From an uncultured Desulfarculus sp. (GTDB lineage Bacteria > Desulfobacterota > Desulfarculia > Desulfarculales > Desulfarculaceae), in assembly GCA_963665125.2 (NCBI GenBank), contig CAXXUK010000002.1:128001-192000 (forward strand): DNA of 64,000 bases, given 5' to 3'. Positions within the stretch are counted from its first letter, which is position 1; every line of letters starts with the position of its first letter. The notes below the pieces were generated by a model. That model was not told the origin of the DNA and searched no databases. It saw only the letters and a list, made by a program, of their open reading frames with translations. Made by a program: the position numbers and the translations under genes. Below, piece after piece: positions 8,520 to 19,407 of the stretch.

Positions 8520-9382
8520 AGTACGCGTTCATGCAGCAAAACGCAGGCACATACAGCATCACGGCGCAATCCGAGGCCTTTGGCGTATCGCGTGGCGGGT
8601 ATTATGGCTGGCGGCGCAGGTTGCAAAATCCCAGCCAAAGGCAGGTGGAGCGTGAGAGGCTCGATCACCTGGTGAAAGAAGCCTTTGAAGTTCGCAAGGG
8701 CCGTAGCGGAGCAGTTGGGCTGACTCTCGATCTTGATGAGCAGGGCTGCAAATACAACCGCAAAACAGTGGCCAAAAGCATGAATAGGCAGGGCCTTGTA
8801 GCTAAAGCGGGCAGGAAGTTCAAGGCCACCACGGATTCGGATCACGGTAGGCCGGTGGCTCCAAATCTGTTGGCCCAGGACTTTAGCGCAACCGCTCCAA
8901 ATCAGAAGTGGGTCTGCGACATCACCTACCTTTGGACCGGCGAGGGCTGGTTGTATCTGGCAGTGGTGCTCGACCTGTTTTCGCGCATGGTGGTGGGCTG
9001 GGCCATGGATAAGCGTATGAAAGCCGACCTGGTCTGTGACGCCTTGCAGATGGCCTTGTGGCGGCGGCATATGCCCAAAGGTGTGATGGTCCATTCGGAT
9101 CGTGGCAGCCAGTACTGCTCCCGGAAATACCAGGCCCTCTTGGCCAAACGTGAACTGGTTTGCAGCATGAGCGGTAAGGGCAACTGTTATGACAACGCCG
9201 TGGCCGAAAGCTTCTTCCATACCCTCAAGGTGGAGTTGGTTCATGGCGAAAGCTTCGCCACTCGACAGGACTTACGCCGGGCCGTATTCGAGTATATCGA
9301 GGTTGACTACAACCGTAACAGGAGGCACAGTGCCAATGGCTACATCAGCCCGCTGGCCTTTGAAAACCAAATTGTCGCTTAA
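8516..9382 (+). CDS. IS3 transposase OrfB (DDE catalytic)
   Basis: WVCDITY, HSDRGSQY, DNAVAESFF and YNRNRRHS motifs. Confidence 0.95.
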   Translation: MKYAFMQQNAGTYSITAQSEAFGVSRGGYYGWRRRLQNPSQRQVERERLDHLVKEAFEVRKGRSGAVGLTLDLDEQGCKYNRKTVAKSMNRQGLVAKAGRKFKATTDSDHGRPVAPNLLAQDFSATAPNQKWVCDITYLWTGEGWLYLAVVLDLFSRMVVGWAMDKRMKADLVCDALQMALWRRHMPKGVMVHSDRGSQYCSRKYQALLAKRELVCSMSGKGNCYDNAVAESFFHTLKVELVHGESFATRQDLRRAVFEYIEVDYNRNRRHSANGYISPLAFENQIVA

Positions 9383-9478
9383 CCAACTGTCCGTTGTTGA
9401 TGGGCTGGATCAAATAACGAAAGACCGCCCCGGCATAACACCGAGGCGGCTCATATCAATATGATCTAATCGATCTAG

Positions 9479-10723
9479 CTATTCATATATCTTCTCATCC
9501 GGAGCACGGCTCTCCTCGGCGTCATCCTCATGATCCCTGGCGGCCTTGGAGGCGAAATACTCCTTGTACCACTCATGGGCGATGATCAGGCTCATCACCT
9601 CGTTGGAGCCGGTCCAGATGGAGGCCAGGCCCAGATCGCGCACAATGCGCTCAATGGGGAAGACATTGGTGTAGCCGATGCCGCCCATTACCTGCATGGC
9701 GTTGCGGGCGGCCTTTTGGCACGACTCGGTGATGAATTTCTTGGTCTCGGAGACCAGCCTACGCACCCTGGCCCTGGGCACGTCCGGGTTTCCCACGGCC
9801 GTGGCCGTGGTAAAGGCCATGGAGCGGCAGACATCCATGAGCATCACCGCTTCGCTGAGCTGGAAGCTCACGCCCTGGAACTGGGCGATGGGCTGGCCGA
9901 AGGCCTTGCGCCGGGTGGAGTAGCCCGTGGCGATCTCCACGGCAGGCCGGGCCGCGCCGATGGTCATGGCCGCGGTGCCCAGGCGCTCGGGGATCATCAT
10001 GGTGTTGAACACGGCATAGGCATTGTTGAGCTTGCCGACGATATTTTCCTTGGGCACCTTGACGTCCTTGAACACGATGCGGCCCGCGCCGCCGCCCCGG
10101 CAGCCCATCAGGCCGTAGAGGTATTCCACGTTCACGCCCGGCCCCCGGTCCACGATCAGGCAGGTCAGGGCCTTGTGGGGGTGGGCGTCGGGGCTGAAGT
10201 CGGTCTTGGCGTAGACCAGGAAGTAGTCGGCCCCCTCGGCGCCCACGATGAAGCGCTTCTGGCCGTTGACCAGGAAGTGGTCGCCCTTGTCCTCGGCCGT
10301 GGTGGAGGTGCCGAAAAAGTCGCTGCCGCCCCTGGGTTCGGTGAGGCACTCGGCGGCGAACATGTCGCCGGCCAACAGCGGCTTGACGTACTTTTCCTTT
10401 TGCTCGTCCGTGCCGTGCAGGACGATGGCGTCGCAGACTAGCTCGGCCCCCACGCCGAAGGTGCAGGCGAAGATGTAGCCCAGGGTGCCCACCTCTTCCA
10501 TCACCGCGCAGGTGGTGGGCCAGTCAAGACCGCGGCCGCCCCATTTTTTGGGATAGCGGCAGCCCAAAAGGTTGCGCTTGCCCGCTTCCCGCAAAAACTC
10601 GGTGGGAAACTTGATCTTGTCGGCGTCCATGTCCAGGATCATCTGGCGGGGGATGGTCTTCACGAAATCCCGCGTCTCCTGGATGATCTGCTGTTGCTCC
10701 GGTTTTACCAGCATGTCGTGCAT
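9479..10723 (-). CDS. Acyl-CoA dehydrogenase
   Basis: CLTEPRGGSD, NGQKRFI, RKAFGQPIAQFQ and QVMGGIGY motifs. Confidence 0.92.
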   Translation of the reverse strand: MHDMLVKPEQQQIIQETRDFVKTIPRQMILDMDADKIKFPTEFLREAGKRNLLGCRYPKKWGGRGLDWPTTCAVMEEVGTLGYIFACTFGVGAELVCDAIVLHGTDEQKEKYVKPLLAGDMFAAECLTEPRGGSDFFGTSTTAEDKGDHFLVNGQKRFIVGAEGADYFLVYAKTDFSPDAHPHKALTCLIVDRGPGVNVEYLYGLMGCRGGGAGRIVFKDVKVPKENIVGKLNNAYAVFNTMMIPERLGTAAMTIGAARPAVEIATGYSTRRKAFGQPIAQFQGVSFQLSEAVMLMDVCRSMAFTTATAVGNPDVPRARVRRLVSETKKFITESCQKAARNAMQVMGGIGYTNVFPIERIVRDLGLASIWTGSNEVMSLIIAHEWYKEYFASKAARDHEDDAEESRAPDEKIYE

Positions 10724-10753
10724 TGTTTTTCTCCTTGGCCCGCTTTGGTCCGC

Positions 10754-12253
<1,500 letters not shown>

Positions 12254-12256
12254 AGC

Positions 12257-12664
12257 TCACCCCTGTTGTTTCCCGGTCCCTTCAAGCTGTTTCAGGCGCG
12301 CCAGCATCTTCTTGCGCACCGCCTCCAGGTCCGCCTCCATGGCCAGTATCTCCTCCTTGCGCTGGGCCAGCTCCCTCAGCTTTTTATCGCCGTATTCCAA
12401 GGACTTGTGGATCTGGTCCGCCTCGTCCATGTTCACGTCGGCCATACCGATCATCTCTGCGATCTCGTCCAGGCTGTAGCCGAAGCGCTTGCCCCGCAGG
12501 ATCAGGCGCATGCGGGCGCGGTCCCGGCGGGTGTACACCCTGTGTCCGCCGGGCGTGCGCTGGGGGCTGATCAGGCCTTTTTCCTCGTAAAAACGGATGG
12601 ATCGGGCGCTGATATCCAGATGGTCAGCCAGTTCGCTGATGGTCCAGGAGTCGTCTCGGCTCAT
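12257..12664 (-). CDS. MerR-family regulator (LiuR-like)
   Basis: WTISELA...RSIRFYEEKGLISPQR...GKRFGYSLDEI. Heads the acyl-CoA operon. Confidence 0.88.
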   Translation of the reverse strand: MSRDDSWTISELADHLDISARSIRFYEEKGLISPQRTPGGHRVYTRRDRARMRLILRGKRFGYSLDEIAEMIGMADVNMDEADQIHKSLEYGDKKLRELAQRKEEILAMEADLEAVRKKMLARLKQLEGTGKQQG

Positions 12665-12677
12665 GCAGGCTCACATT

Positions 12678-12728
12678 CTTCTAGTTAACGTTAACTGGAA
12701 GTTTAGGATAGAATGCCGCTCGTGTCAA
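12678..12728 (-). promoter_or_regulatory. Sigma70 promoter (TTGACA-17-TAAACT) with a 24-bp palindromic operator over the start site
   Basis: -35 at 12728-12723 and -10 at 12705-12700 on the minus strand. Palindrome CTTCTAGTTAACGTTAACTGGAAG at 12678-12701. Confidence 0.7.
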
Positions 12729-12912
12729 TAAACAATGTTTTGTGTGGTGATTTTAGGGGATTGTTTGAGGGCAACGTGCGTATAGACATCGTCGCTTGGA
12801 AATAGTAGATTGGCTACAAAGCCGCAGGTAATAAGGTGGTATGCGGTTTTGTGCTCGAAGTGAAGGATTAGGTTCTTTGATGCGCTGTTTTGGTAGTTAA
12901 GGGGGAAGAGTC

Positions 12913-13749
12913 GTGGACTCGTTGTGTACGCTGGTGGCCTTGATCAGGGAGATACCAGGCACTTTTTGGGGTGTCGTTATTGGTGCTGTATTTTCTCTGG
13001 GTGGTGTTTATTTAACCAATCGGGCGATGTTTAAACGCATGCAAAAGCAGCATGACTACGAGAGAGAAGTTGCAATACAAGATCGCGAGATGGACTTAAA
13101 AAAGGAGATTTATTTGAAAGCATATAAAGCCGCAAGAAGGATTCGTAATGGAGTAATGGATTTTGTTAATACAGGACTGCCTGCATCAGAAATTAACAAA
13201 ATGCACACTGATGATTTAGATGATTTGAGTCAGGCGTGTATTATCGCTGACCGTGATACATTTAGGCTTATCCAAGAATTTCTTTGCTATCAACAGGAAG
13301 GAAAAATTAATGTTGCAATGCTACGAAAAGAAATTGAACCACACATAATAAAGAAAGAAAATCTCAAACAACAATTTAACTTTTGGCTTGAGGTTCAGAA
13401 GGATCGGGTGCTTAATACACAACATCACAATGAGTCAACACCTGATGGAACCACGTCAATAGCAAACGGACTTAACGAGACGATATTTATTGTAAACGAG
13501 TGCAATAAGCTAACCGAAGAGTTAGCTAAAAACCAACTGGAAATCGATAAAAAACAGTTTTTATTAGCAAAGGAAAGTTTGGATGTTGGACGTAAATTGA
13601 GTGAGTTGTTGCATCCTATACTTGTTGCATTTCGAGAAGAGTTGCGACTGCCAATAGATGTAAATGATTATTACAATACAGTAAATCAATCATTGATGAA
13701 ACGTGACTCACTCATTAATGAGTGTATGGAAAAATTATCACCATTTTAA
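12913..13749 (+). CDS. AT-rich hypothetical protein, N-terminal TM helix plus coiled coil
   Basis: 278-aa ORF with a GGGGGAAG RBS. GC much lower than the flanks. Confidence 0.7.
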   Translation: MDSLCTLVALIREIPGTFWGVVIGAVFSLGGVYLTNRAMFKRMQKQHDYEREVAIQDREMDLKKEIYLKAYKAARRIRNGVMDFVNTGLPASEINKMHTDDLDDLSQACIIADRDTFRLIQEFLCYQQEGKINVAMLRKEIEPHIIKKENLKQQFNFWLEVQKDRVLNTQHHNESTPDGTTSIANGLNETIFIVNECNKLTEELAKNQLEIDKKQFLLAKESLDVGRKLSELLHPILVAFREELRLPIDVNDYYNTVNQSLMKRDSLINECMEKLSPF

Positions 13750-13767
13750 AAACCTTTTGTTTATAAA

Positions 13768-14658
13768 TTAAGCTCGATCATAGGCCTCGCCATCCCGTTT
13801 CACCCGCCCCTGCTTGATCAACTCATCCAGGTGTTTGGACACCATCTGGTATTCGAAAAAGCGCAGCAGGGCCTCCATGTAGGGGAACCCTCCGTAGATG
13901 GGTGATTCATCCACCAGTTCGGCCAGGGTCTTGGGCCGGTCCAGCATGGCCGCTATCTTGTCGTTGCGCCGGTCGATGACCGCCTCGAAGGCCGCCAATT
14001 TGGCCGGGATATCGCGGTCCACCGGCGGGAAGTGGCAACTGGCCATGATCTTGGGCTTCAGTTCCAGGCACTTGGCCAGGGAGGCCCGGAACTGGCCGAT
14101 GTGGCACTCCGGGTTGCCGTACCACGGGCCGAACGGCGTGAAATCGATGTCGCCGCTGAGCAGCAGGCCCTCCTCGGGCAGCCAGAAGCAGTAGTGGTCG
14201 GCCAGGTGGCCCGGCGTGTATATGGCCTCCAGCCGGGCCGCGCCCACCTCGATGATCTGGCCCGGCTCAAACCAGCCGTCGGGCCGCCTGTCCCGGAAGT
14301 CCAGGTCTCTGGTCACAAACTCCATCCACACGGCCCTGGCTTCGTCCTGGTCCACCAGGCGCGGGGCCAGCTTGGCCTTGACTCCGGCCGTGTCCCAGGA
14401 CTGGCGCGGCACCAGTATCTCCACGCCCTCGAAGAGCCAGTTGCCCGGCACATGGTCCGGGTGGGTGTGGCTGTTTATAACCAGGTCCACCTTGTCGGCC
14501 CAGGGCCGCAGCACCTCGATGCCCGCTCCGGTGTCGATGATGGCCGTCTCGCCACGGCTCTTGATGACCAGGGAGTGGGCCCAGGGAAAGCGGCCCTTGT
14601 TTTGGGCGGCCAGCAAATAGACCGGCCCGGCGATGTGGATCAACTCACCCTGCTTCAT
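13768..14658 (-). CDS. MBL-fold metallo-hydrolase
   Basis: SHTHPDH, TPGH and SGDID motifs. Confidence 0.85.
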   Translation of the reverse strand: MKQGELIHIAGPVYLLAAQNKGRFPWAHSLVIKSRGETAIIDTGAGIEVLRPWADKVDLVINSHTHPDHVPGNWLFEGVEILVPRQSWDTAGVKAKLAPRLVDQDEARAVWMEFVTRDLDFRDRRPDGWFEPGQIIEVGAARLEAIYTPGHLADHYCFWLPEEGLLLSGDIDFTPFGPWYGNPECHIGQFRASLAKCLELKPKIMASCHFPPVDRDIPAKLAAFEAVIDRRNDKIAAMLDRPKTLAELVDESPIYGGFPYMEALLRFFEYQMVSKHLDELIKQGRVKRDGEAYDRA

Positions 14659-14671
14659 GAAACGCGCTTTC

Positions 14672-15565
14672 TCAGGCTGTGCGGAATTTGCCCGCTTCGA
14701 AAACCACCCGCTTGTCGGCCAACAACTCATCAAGGTGCTTGCCCATCATCTGCCGCTCGAAATAGTGAATCAAGCGGAACCTCTTGACCCGCTCCGGGGA
14801 GTAGATGATCCCCGCCTCGATGATCTCGGGCCAAGTGTGGGGCTTTTCCAGCAGCGTCAGCAGGCCCGCTTCTCGGCGCTGGAATATGGCCAGGTAATCC
14901 ACCAGGGCCTCGTCGATACCTTCGACCACCGGCGTCCGGTGGGCCGGGGCCATGACCTTGGGCTTGAACTCCCCGATGCGCCGCACCGAGCGCCGGAACA
15001 GGCCGATGTCCGACTCGGGGTTGGCGTACCACGGGCCGAATGTGGTCAGGTCGATATCTCCGCTGAATACGACGCCCTCGTCGGGCAGATAAAAGCTGGT
15101 GTGGTCATAGGTGTGGCCCGGCGTATCCAGGGCGACCACCTTGACGCCGCCGATGTCCAGTTCCTCGTCGGGCTGGAAAAAGCCGCTGGGCTGGGTGTCG
15201 CGCATGCCCGCGCTTTCCCTGGCCGAGCGCAGCCAGCCCTTGACCTGGCTGTCGGTCTTGACATAGCGCCTGCTGAGCTTGTCCATGCTTCCGGCCGTGG
15301 CAAAGGAATACTCGGGCACCATGATTTTTTTGCCCTCAAAGTTCCAGTTGCCCCCGGCGTGGTCGGAGTGGGTGTGGGTGTTCAAGACGATGTCCACCTT
15401 GTCGACCCAGGGTTTGATAACCTTCGGGCCGCAACAGGGGTCGATGATGGCCGTTACGCCGCGGCCCTGGATGACCATGCTGTTGCAGTGGGGAAAGCGT
15501 CCCTTGTTTTGGCCGGCGATCAGCGAGGCCGATTTGCTCAGGCGAATGACTTCACCGGGGGGCAT
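14672..15565 (-). CDS. MBL-fold metallo-hydrolase (paralog of the neighbouring gene)
   Basis: THTHSDH, TPGH, SGDIDLTTFGPWY. Confidence 0.85.
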   Translation of the reverse strand: MPPGEVIRLSKSASLIAGQNKGRFPHCNSMVIQGRGVTAIIDPCCGPKVIKPWVDKVDIVLNTHTHSDHAGGNWNFEGKKIMVPEYSFATAGSMDKLSRRYVKTDSQVKGWLRSARESAGMRDTQPSGFFQPDEELDIGGVKVVALDTPGHTYDHTSFYLPDEGVVFSGDIDLTTFGPWYANPESDIGLFRRSVRRIGEFKPKVMAPAHRTPVVEGIDEALVDYLAIFQRREAGLLTLLEKPHTWPEIIEAGIIYSPERVKRFRLIHYFERQMMGKHLDELLADKRVVFEAGKFRTA

Positions 15566-17205
15566 TATTCGCATGCTTTGATCATTTTCCGTATTTTGTC
15601 ATGATGGACCCTGGTTTCCTTGACGGCCTGTTCCGAGCTTATCAGACGGAAACGCACCGCGTCGCCGGGCTTGGCGTTGGCCAGCTTGTCCAGATCCGGG
15701 CCGATTACCGTGGCCAGCTTGGCATAGCCGCCCACGGTCTGTTCTCGCATCAACACCACCGGCTCACCGTTGGCAGGGACCTGAACGACCCCGGGGGTGA
15801 CCGGCTCGCTGATCACCTTGGCGCAGGCGGAGGTCAGCCCCATTATCTCCCCCTCCAGGCGCACTCCCCGGCGGTCCGAGTTGATGCCCACCTTGAAAGT
15901 CCTGGAGGCCAGGGAGCGCAGGGCCGAGGGCTGGAAAAGCTCGTCATTGGGTCCGGGAACGGCCCGAAGCACCAGCGGCGATTGGACCACGGGCTGGAAT
16001 TGAAGCGGCAGCAAGGCCTGGGTGTTGGGGTTGCCTGGTGCATGGGCCCGCAAGACCTCGCCCTTGGCCAGGGGCGCGCCGACAAGTCCGGAGGGAAACG
16101 CCGAACGGCTGCCCAGCCATGGCTTGGCCGCCAGACCGCCGGAAACGGCCAGGATGGCCCGGGCTCCGCCCAGCGGTCCGCCGAACTGCAGCATCTGGCC
16201 CTGGCGCAGGAGAAGGGCCGACCACATGGCCGACGGCAGATTGTCGATGCGCGGGCCGAGGTCCGAGCCGCAAACGGCCACCACGACATCGCGCAGGGCC
16301 CTGAGTTTGGGACCCAGCAGGGTCATCTCCAGGGCCGCCGCGCCGGGATCGTTGCCCACCAGTGTGTTGGCCACGGCCAGGGCGGTTTGATCCAGAGCGC
16401 CGCTGACGGCGGCTCCCATTTGCTGTGATCCCCGGCGGCCCGTGTCCTGGATCAGGCTCATCCCGCCCGGTCGCAGCACCTCCAGCACGGGAGTGGAACC
16501 GCTTTCCCAGAGGTTCGCCGGAACGGGCGGCGCCGGGAAATCCTCGGCCTTGGAATTGATGAAGCGCACCCGGTCTCCGGCGTTGATCAGGCAGACCGGA
16601 TCGCGCCATGGCGCATAGGCCAAAAGCGGCGTGCGGCCGATTATGCGCCAGCCGCCCGGCCCGCCCAGGGGGTACAGGCCGGTCTGGGCCCCGCCTATGC
16701 CCACCGCGCCGGCGGGCAGGGACACACGCGGTGAATCCAGCCGGGGACAGGCCAGGGATTGATCCAGGCCGCCCAGGTAGGGAAAACCGGGAGTGAAGCC
16801 GACAAAGTGGCAAAAATATTCGCCCCGGCTGTGCAGGGCAATTACCTCGGACTGACTCAGGCCGCAACGCCTGGCCACGAAACTCAGATCCGGACCCTCG
16901 TCTCCGCCGTAGCTTACCGGCACCTCCACCGTGCGCCGGGGCTGTTCATTGGCCATGTCCATGGCCGAGGCGGCGGCGCCAATACCCGCTGAAATCAGCT
17001 TGTGGTCGGTGATCATGGGGTCAAACCGCACCTGCACCGAGGAAAAGGCGCGGGTCAGGTCGACTTGGCCCGGCAGGGGGTGGCTTTCCAAATGACGGAC
17101 CAGGGCCGTGGTATTGGCATGGGAAGCCTCATCTATGGCGTGGCTGAAATAGGCCACCACCGCGGCGTCGCCCTGGGCTTTGCATATTGGCCGGACCGCG
17201 GTCAT
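15565..17205 (-). CDS. pxpBC: 5-oxoprolinase PxpB-PxpC fusion (allophanate hydrolase subunit 1/2-like)
   Basis: GFTPGFPYL, PGGWRIIGRT, IQDTGR and TVGGYAK motifs. Adjacent to pxpA. Confidence 0.85.
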   Translation of the reverse strand: MTAVRPICKAQGDAAVVAYFSHAIDEASHANTTALVRHLESHPLPGQVDLTRAFSSVQVRFDPMITDHKLISAGIGAAASAMDMANEQPRRTVEVPVSYGGDEGPDLSFVARRCGLSQSEVIALHSRGEYFCHFVGFTPGFPYLGGLDQSLACPRLDSPRVSLPAGAVGIGGAQTGLYPLGGPGGWRIIGRTPLLAYAPWRDPVCLINAGDRVRFINSKAEDFPAPPVPANLWESGSTPVLEVLRPGGMSLIQDTGRRGSQQMGAAVSGALDQTALAVANTLVGNDPGAAALEMTLLGPKLRALRDVVVAVCGSDLGPRIDNLPSAMWSALLLRQGQMLQFGGPLGGARAILAVSGGLAAKPWLGSRSAFPSGLVGAPLAKGEVLRAHAPGNPNTQALLPLQFQPVVQSPLVLRAVPGPNDELFQPSALRSLASRTFKVGINSDRRGVRLEGEIMGLTSACAKVISEPVTPGVVQVPANGEPVVLMREQTVGGYAKLATVIGPDLDKLANAKPGDAVRFRLISSEQAVKETRVHHDKIRKMIKACE

Positions 17206-17975
17206 ACCAGGCGGTCCAGGGGCGAAACCAGCACTCCGGCCTGTTCCAGGGCCGAGCGCAGCAGGTGGGCCGTTTCCAGGGCCGCCGGGCTGTCGCCGTG
17301 CAGACAGATGGTCTGGGCCTCAATTTCCACCTGGGTTCCGTCCAGGCTGGCCACCGTGCCCGCGGTGACCAGCTGCAGGCATTGGTCAACGGCGGCTTTG
17401 GGGTCGTGAATCAGGGCCCGGGGGTGGTTGCGGGGCGTGAGGGTGCCGTCGGCCTGATAGGTGCGGTCGGCAAAAAACTCGGCCGCCACCCGCAATCCGG
17501 CCGCCTTGGCCTGTTTGCGCAAAGCGCTGCCGGCCGGCCCGGCCAAAACGACCAAGACAAGCGAATCATCAAAGGCGGCCACGGCGTCGATGACGGCCTT
17601 GGCCGTGCCGGGGTCTTTGACCGCGGTGTTGTACAGCGCGCCGTGGGGCTTGACATGGGCCAGAGCCAGACCTTGGGCCCTGGCCAGACCCTGCAAGGCG
17701 CCGAGCTGATACAGCACGTCGCTACGGACCTGGTCATAGCTGGCCTGCATGGCCCGGCGGCCGAAACCCACCAGATCCGGATAACCCGGATGGGCGCCCA
17801 CGGATACGCCGGATTTTGCGCATTGGGCCAGAGCCCGCTCCATCACCAGCGGATCTCCGGCGTGAAAGCCGCAGGCCAGGTTGGCGCTGGTCACCAACCT
17901 GAGCATATCCTGGTCGGTTCCAAAATCGTAGCGGCCGTAACCTTCACCCATGTCGCAGTTGAGATCGATTGGCAT
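17202..17975 (-). CDS. pxpA: 5-oxoprolinase subunit PxpA (LamB/YcsF)
   Basis: DLNCDMGEG, ACGFHAGDP, HVKPHGALYN and TICLHGD motifs. Confidence 0.92.
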   Translation of the reverse strand: MPIDLNCDMGEGYGRYDFGTDQDMLRLVTSANLACGFHAGDPLVMERALAQCAKSGVSVGAHPGYPDLVGFGRRAMQASYDQVRSDVLYQLGALQGLARAQGLALAHVKPHGALYNTAVKDPGTAKAVIDAVAAFDDSLVLVVLAGPAGSALRKQAKAAGLRVAAEFFADRTYQADGTLTPRNHPRALIHDPKAAVDQCLQLVTAGTVASLDGTQVEIEAQTICLHGDSPAALETAHLLRSALEQAGVLVSPLDRLV

Positions 17976-18093
17976 CAGAGGCCTCCGACCGACAAGTTTA
18001 ACCTGACTAACGCGCTCAGCCAAGCGCAACCCCTTGACACCAGGTTTCAGGTGGGCGAAATTCAGGGTAAGTAGGTAATAAAGGGAGAGCTGC

Positions 18094-19398
18094 TTGCCTA
18101 GACGCATCATTGATATTTTTTGTCTTGTCGTATTCGCGGTGATATCCGTCACCGGCCCAGCTTTAGCCGAACAAGTGATTAAAATCGGGGTGTTGTATCC
18201 ACTGAGCGGCCCCAGGGCACCCATGGGGAAAAACCTGGTGGCCGGCGCCGAGCTGGCGGTCCATATCATCAACACCCTTCAGCCCGAGTTGGACATGCCC
18301 ATGGCAAAAAACAAGGGCATCGGCTCCATGAAGGGCGCGCATATTGAACTGATCGTGGCCGACACAGGCGACAACACCTTCCAGGCGGCCAGGGAAGCCA
18401 CGCGGCTGATCGAGCGGGAAGGCGTGACCGGCATCATGGGCTGCTATGTCTGCGAGCAGACGGATGCCGTGGCCGACATCTGCGAAAGGCGGGGTGTTCC
18501 GATGATCACCTCGTGCAGCACGGCCTATGATCTGAGCCATGAAGGCCGCAGGTGGTTTTGGCGCATCACTCCCCATGACGGCACATTTGTTGAAGAGTTG
18601 TTTGATTTTTTAAACGACGTCGTCGACGGCAAGGCGCCGGGTGTGCCCAAGCAAAAGCGGGTCGATATGCAGATGTTGGCCAGCGCCTGCGGGGATAACG
18701 AATGGGGCGAGGCCAACAGCCGAACCATCCGTTTAATTGCGGTGCGCAGGGGGTTTTCCATCGGCGCAAGCCTGATCTTTACGCGGGATATGCCGGATCA
18801 ACTCACCACCGCCCGCCGCATGAAGCCCATCAGACCTGCCTGCGTGCTTATTGCCGCCCATGAAAACGACGCGGTGAACCTGTTCCAGGCCATGGAGCAG
18901 ATCAGCCTGCAACCTAGGATAATATGGGGCCAAAACGCCGGATTTCTGAGCGATGGCTTTCGGGCCTTGGGTTCAAAGGTGGAGGGCGTTTGCACCCGCA
19001 CGCTGTTTTCGGTGACCCTGGCCAACCGGATTCCCCTCTCCCGCCAGGTCAACTTCATGTTCAGGCAGCGTACGGGCCGCGACATGGATGACGCATCGGC
19101 CAGGGCCTTCACCGGCATCCAGACATGGTGGTACCTGTTGCAAAAGGCCGGTTCGGCCCGTCCCGAAGACATCAACAAGGCGGCAGGCGAACTGAATATC
19201 CCGGGCAAGGAACTCATTGTCCCCTGGCAAGGCATCAGATTCGGATCGATAATAGACGAACCGGGCCAGAACAGCCTTGGCCGGGGGCTGATCGGCCAAT
19301 ATCAGATCAAAGACGGCCAATTGCGCCTGGAGATCATCTACCCCTTCGACTTGGCCACGGCCAAGATGATCTTCCCCATGCCCTGGCGCGAAAAATAA
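18094..19398 (+). CDS. ABC branched-chain amino acid-type periplasmic substrate-binding protein
   Basis: Signal peptide, IKIGVLYPLSG, IELIVADT. LivK-like. Confidence 0.85.
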   Translation: MPRRIIDIFCLVVFAVISVTGPALAEQVIKIGVLYPLSGPRAPMGKNLVAGAELAVHIINTLQPELDMPMAKNKGIGSMKGAHIELIVADTGDNTFQAAREATRLIEREGVTGIMGCYVCEQTDAVADICERRGVPMITSCSTAYDLSHEGRRWFWRITPHDGTFVEELFDFLNDVVDGKAPGVPKQKRVDMQMLASACGDNEWGEANSRTIRLIAVRRGFSIGASLIFTRDMPDQLTTARRMKPIRPACVLIAAHENDAVNLFQAMEQISLQPRIIWGQNAGFLSDGFRALGSKVEGVCTRTLFSVTLANRIPLSRQVNFMFRQRTGRDMDDASARAFTGIQTWWYLLQKAGSARPEDINKAAGELNIPGKELIVPWQGIRFGSIIDEPGQNSLGRGLIGQYQIKDGQLRLEIIYPFDLATAKMIFPMPWREK

Positions 19399-19407
19399 TC
19401 CATAGAA

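Larger units (their letters stand above)
8157..9412 (+). mobile_element. IS3-family insertion sequence (1256 bp)
   Basis: Terminal IRs TGATCCAGCCCAGTTTTGACGGACA and (revcomp) TGATCCAGCCCATCAACAACGGACA. orfA/orfB organisation. Confidence 0.93.

Noticed and set aside
17976..18275. N-terminal extension of PxpA
   Set aside because: It overlaps the divergent ABC binding-protein gene. The family start MPIDLNCD is at 17975.
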